From NCBI RefSeq assembly GCF_009834535.1, contig NC_045696.1, forward strand, positions 52,950,001 to 53,014,000: a DNA stretch of 64,000 bases. The letters run 5' to 3'. The translations under genes and the position numbers were made by a program. The stretch's first letter is position 1. Every line of letters begins with the position of its first letter. This document shows, piece by piece, positions 62,790 to 64,000 of this stretch. Source of the DNA: Camelus ferus. Lineage: Eukaryota. The notes beneath the pieces were generated by a model, which worked only from the letters and a program-made list of their open reading frames with translations, had not been told where the DNA came from and searched no databases.

Positions 62790-63518
62790 TCAAGATTTCT
62801 ATACACAGGGTTGGTGTCAAATCTGGTTTCTGGCTTGGACAAGAGAATTGTACAGCACTTGCTAAATTCTCAGCCTAAGGAGCTAAGTTCTCAGTGTACC
62901 TTTTGAATGTTGCAGGTATAAAAGGTTACTGAGGATGTAAAAACCTTTGTAGAAATGAAGTGCATAGAAACTGTGTAACCATGAACAATCCTGACACCAC
63001 ATGAGGCACACTTGAGAAAGGGACTTCTCTGGAATGTAAGAAGAAAGATTTAAAAACAAAGTTAAATGAAGATAGGAGCTGCATTGCTCACAGAAGGGAG
63101 ATCAAACACTCCATAGAAAATACATGTTACAGTGCAATTGCCCTCTGGGAGTCACAGGATTATGAAAGTCTAACTTAATTAAGGGAGAAAATAGGTCACA
63201 TTTAACAACTGCATATGTGACACATCATTTTGACTATACAGAGTAAGTGAGGAGGAGAGAAAAATTAAGAAATCAGAAATATAAGGCAGGCAACCATGGG
63301 ATGCATCAATCTCTTCTCCTCCATCTATGTTGGGTATATGTTTTGATTTTGTATGTATTAAAAAATCCACCATTTTTCTAATTTCCCTCTTTAAAAATAT
63401 TTGCAGTGTACCTGAAAAAGAAATTTCAGGTGTCAAAATTTCAAAAGAGAAACAAAATGACCCAACCAAAATGTTTTTTTTTAAAGAACTGAATTAAGAG
63501 ATAATAAATATTCTTCTC

Positions 63519-63549
<31 letters not shown>

Positions 63550-64000
63550 AACATCTTGCACCTTCTTTCCTTTCTCCCCATCACGTCATCAAGTGACAGG
63601 TAATCAGATACTTGTGAACTCTGCATGAGATCTTCCCCCTTTCAGGGCTCAGTGTCCCTGTGGGGTCGAGCTAATTACAGGTACGTTTCCTCAGCAAGGC
63701 AGTCACACTCTGTACAGTTGCAGGTACAATTAATAATTGAACAAAGCTAGCTTGAGTTTTTTGCTCGTATGGCCATGGGTTGCAGGTAGCTTTGTTGCCA
63801 CATGGGGAGCAGAGCCTCTTCTTTGAGTGTCTCCCGAAAAGGCTTTGCATTATAGGCTGAAAAGGATCACTCTCTGCTTGCAAATTTTGAAAAGGGGGAA
63901 AAAAACCACACAAAACAAAAATTCTAGTTTCCTATATAGAATAATAAAGACAAATTCTCTCTTCCGTAACCAGGAATATGATTATGATCAGGTGGTTATT

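Noticed and set aside
63030..63040. 11 nt match to the 5' end of miR-206/miR-1 (TGGAATGTAAG)
   Set aside because: The match stops there and there is no complementary 5' arm.
1..64000. CRISPR array, operon, or a novel multi-gene system
   Set aside because: The DNA is mammalian and repeat-rich. I saw no regularly spaced repeats, no long ORFs and no foreign-composition insert.

Overview
AT-rich, CpG-depleted eutherian genomic DNA, most likely intronic or intergenic. I recognise no protein-coding gene, rRNA, functional tRNA or CRISPR array. The supplied ORFs look like chance frames or frames inside repeats. Much of the window is ancient interspersed repeat (MIR, L2, L3/CR1, old L1M, MLT1/MLT2 LTRs, MER5, MER20, a Tigger element). 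A few younger insertions are present: short L1 3' ends and one ~86 bp tRNA-derived SINE that points to a camelid genome. Repeat family names come from recalled consensus sequences, not a search, so subfamily calls and most boundaries are approximate. I did not find a novel biological system I can support. The best second-look items are a 22 bp exact copy of nearby unique DNA inside an old L1, a twin-primed (inverted) L1 insertion, a perfect 15 bp inverted repeat, a GATA/ETS/CCAAT cluster, a CpG-enriched promoter-like segment with a candidate exon, and an old LTR that retains many CpGs.
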